Of a stretch of 32,000 nucleotides of DNA, positions 30,165 to 32,000 are shown piece after piece (position 1 is the stretch's first letter; each line of letters opens with the position of its first letter). This DNA comes from Raphidiopsis brookii D9. Lineage in GTDB: Bacteria > Cyanobacteriota > Cyanobacteriia > Cyanobacteriales > Nostocaceae. The stretch lies in assembly GCA_000175855.1 (NCBI GenBank), contig ACYB01000035.1, positions 450,001 through 482,000 on the forward strand, written 5' to 3'. The notes beneath the pieces are model-generated. The model was not told the DNA's origin. It did not search any database and worked only from the letters and a program-made list of their open reading frames with translations. The position numbers were made by a program, and so were the translations under genes.

Positions 30165-31385
30165 TTAAACCTCTTCGATCAGTGCTAAAACTTGTTTGGG
30201 TAATAATTTTTCTTTAAACCAAATAATTTTGGCAGGAACATTATCCAATTTCACCCCGGATTTTTCCAGGTTCAACTTTTCAGAAATTGCCAGAATGAGG
30301 TTATGACAATTTGCTCTTTTCACCTGGGCAAATTTCTTTTTTAAATATTCCGGTTGCCAATAGCCAACAATTTCTAACAAAAAACTCCTTCCGTCAGGAT
30401 GCACAAAACGAAAGTCTGGTATGATTACACTTCCAGGGATGGGAATTAAATCTACTTCTCTTTCTAAAAACCAACCAGTTTTCATAGCATCCCATTTATC
30501 AGCGAAGGAATGGTCTAACATGCTGTCGTATGGTTTACCTTGGCGATAATGAGAGATTAGACCACATTCAGAATTTAGGGTAAATCTACTGGTTTTCCAT
30601 TCCTGGGTATATGGGTCTTTTATTTGCAAGGTGGTTGATAAACTCCATTTAGTCACATGGAGCAAAGCTGGGATCATTTTAGCTATGGATAATCCGTATC
30701 GCGTACTGGAGGTAAATAAACTTGTTGGACCATCAATGGTGATTGTGAAACCGTGGTTTCCATCACCCTCAATATAGGCCATTAACTGAAATAATTTTAG
30801 ATATCGAAATAATAATTTATATTCTCTTGGTGAATTACGGTGAGCATTTAAGATTAATTGGGTAGCTTTATAGAAAATACCTTGCACCTGGGATAAGTTA
30901 TAACGGTGTAATAGGTCTTCTGGTTTAGGAACATCAAATGCGGTGAGGATTCTATTTTCCAAGAGATCAGCATAAAGACCTTCAGCAATCTGAATTGGTA
31001 AGATTTCCCTTTGCAGTTCTTGACTAAGGTTGGCAGCAATTTGGCTAAAAATTATCTCGGTGTTTTGGGGACTAGCAACTGATCGAGCTGCTAGGGTGAA
31101 TACCTTTTCCCTTAACAGTTGTGGTTCTAGGGGACTGATAATTTCAAAATTGCAAAAACTACTTTTGAGGATGTAGCCTAAACCGCGTTTCATTCTATAG
31201 TCTGTGGTCTCACCCTCAAAATCTATAAGTTGTCTTTCCAAATATCCTTGGGTTTTTCCTAGAGCATCTTGAAAAAAGTTAATTAAATTATTTGCTAGGG
31301 CTAAATTTTTATCATCCAGTTTCAGTCTCTTGGGAATGATTTCTTCTCCGGTTTGACGATAAATCAGTAGTTCAGTCGGTAACAT
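30165..31385 (-). CDS. DUF790 / Bax1-like nuclease
   Basis: Starts MLPTELLIYRQTGEEIIPKRL. The C-terminal PD-(D/E)xK-like motif is IPDFRFVHPDGRSFLLEIVGYWQPEYLKKK. Confidence 0.82.
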   Translation of the reverse strand: MLPTELLIYRQTGEEIIPKRLKLDDKNLALANNLINFFQDALGKTQGYLERQLIDFEGETTDYRMKRGLGYILKSSFCNFEIISPLEPQLLREKVFTLAARSVASPQNTEIIFSQIAANLSQELQREILPIQIAEGLYADLLENRILTAFDVPKPEDLLHRYNLSQVQGIFYKATQLILNAHRNSPREYKLLFRYLKLFQLMAYIEGDGNHGFTITIDGPTSLFTSSTRYGLSIAKMIPALLHVTKWSLSTTLQIKDPYTQEWKTSRFTLNSECGLISHYRQGKPYDSMLDHSFADKWDAMKTGWFLEREVDLIPIPGSVIIPDFRFVHPDGRSFLLEIVGYWQPEYLKKKFAQVKRANCHNLILAISEKLNLEKSGVKLDNVPAKIIWFKEKLLPKQVLALIEEV

Positions 31386-32000
31386 CTTTTTGATGCTTTG
31401 ATTTCGTTAATTTCTTGGTCAAGTAGTTAATTTCTGTCGGTTGGGCAACTTTTGTTTCCAGTTCTTGATTATCCCCATATACAATGCCTAATTCACCTTT
31501 TTTCCTTTTTTCCTCCGGTCTATTTCCAGAGTGTGTTTCCATACCTCTTAATCCCTTTCTTCTGATTGATGTTCCTTCTTCACTCGTATCTTCTGCTATG
31601 ACTTCATATAAAATTGCCCGTTTATTTCCTTGATTTCCTTTCCTTAAAATTCTTCCTAACCTCTGAGTATATTCCCTGATAGAACCAGTACCAGAAAGAA
31701 TAATAGCCACCGCAGCAGCAGGAACATCTACCCCCTCGTTTAAAACATGGGAAGCTACTAAGGTAGTATATGTTCCTTGCTTAAATTTGGTGAGGATTTC
31801 GTGTCTCTCTTTAACTGGGGTTTGATGGGTAATTGCAGGAATTAACAACTCCCGGGAAATACGATAAACCGTGGTGTTATCAGCTGTAAAAACCAACACC
31901 ATTTCTGGATAGTGATCAGCCAGTAAGTCAGCTAAAACTCTCATTTTCCCCTCCGTTCCCAAAGCAATCTCTTTTGCTTGTCGATGCGCTAACATAGCTC
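31372..32000 (-). CDS. XPB-like superfamily 2 helicase, C-terminal part, truncated by window edge
   Basis: Helicase motifs IV-VI: MVLVFTADNTTVYRI, TLVASHVLNEGVDVPAAAVAIILSGTGSIREYTQRLGRILRKG. Frame is open through base 32000 and overlaps DUF790 by 14 nt. Confidence 0.88.
   Translation of the reverse strand, partial: AMLAHRQAKEIALGTEGKMRVLADLLADHYPEMVLVFTADNTTVYRISRELLIPAITHQTPVKERHEILTKFKQGTYTTLVASHVLNEGVDVPAAAVAIILSGTGSIREYTQRLGRILRKGNQGNKRAILYEVIAEDTSEEGTSIRRKGLRGMETHSGNRPEEKRKKGELGIVYGDNQELETKVAQPTEINYLTKKLTKSKHQKDVTD

Noticed and set aside
30165-32000. Helicase plus nuclease pair as a novel anti-phage system
   Set aside because: DUF790 with an XPB-like helicase is a known XPB-Bax1 type repair pairing. 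No effector, sensor or other defence gene is adjacent in the visible sequence.
1-32000. CRISPR array, tRNA/rRNA genes, insertion sequences or prophage genes
   Set aside because: No regularly spaced repeats, no recognisable transposase/integrase/phage proteins in the ORF track, and no tRNA-like T-arm/anticodon arrangement noticed. A tRNAscan or ISfinder run would be needed to be certain.

Overview
This 32 kb window is cyanobacterial chromosome. The support is chlP, ndhA-I-G-E, a UPF0182 membrane protein and 11 exact HIP1 octamers. It looks Nostocales-like, possibly Raphidiopsis/Cylindrospermopsis, but that placement is inference. Most genes are housekeeping: cobS (partial), chlP, a sulfate-type ABC ATPase, lipA, cobyrinate a,c-diamide synthase, sixA, gltA, ndhAIGE, NAD kinase, dienelactone hydrolase, an S1-domain protein, rimM, an avtA-like aminotransferase, an MscS channel, a TrmJ-like methyltransferase, a class A beta-lactamase fold protein, a DUF218 protein and an XPB-like helicase paired with DUF790/Bax1. 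The clearest system is on the minus strand at 21029-26151: a guanidine-I (ykkC) riboswitch upstream of a Ni-dependent guanidine hydrolase (gdmH-type ureohydrolase), HypA/HypB-like nickel chaperones (ghaA/ghaB) and a NitT/TauT-type ABC transporter. This system is already described in cyanobacteria and is easily mis-annotated as agmatinase, hydrogenase maturation and sulfonate uptake. The aptamer's 3' strand can form a 13-bp helix with a downstream segment, which gives a specific expression-platform model. Other notable points: rimM has lost its conserved N-terminus from the reading frame at an A9 homopolymer; a 31-residue Psb28-like N-terminal remnant lies before a DUF4145 gene; and two short unannotated coding-like stretches sit in intergenic DNA. 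I found no CRISPR array, tRNA/rRNA or mobile element, and no convincing wholly new system.
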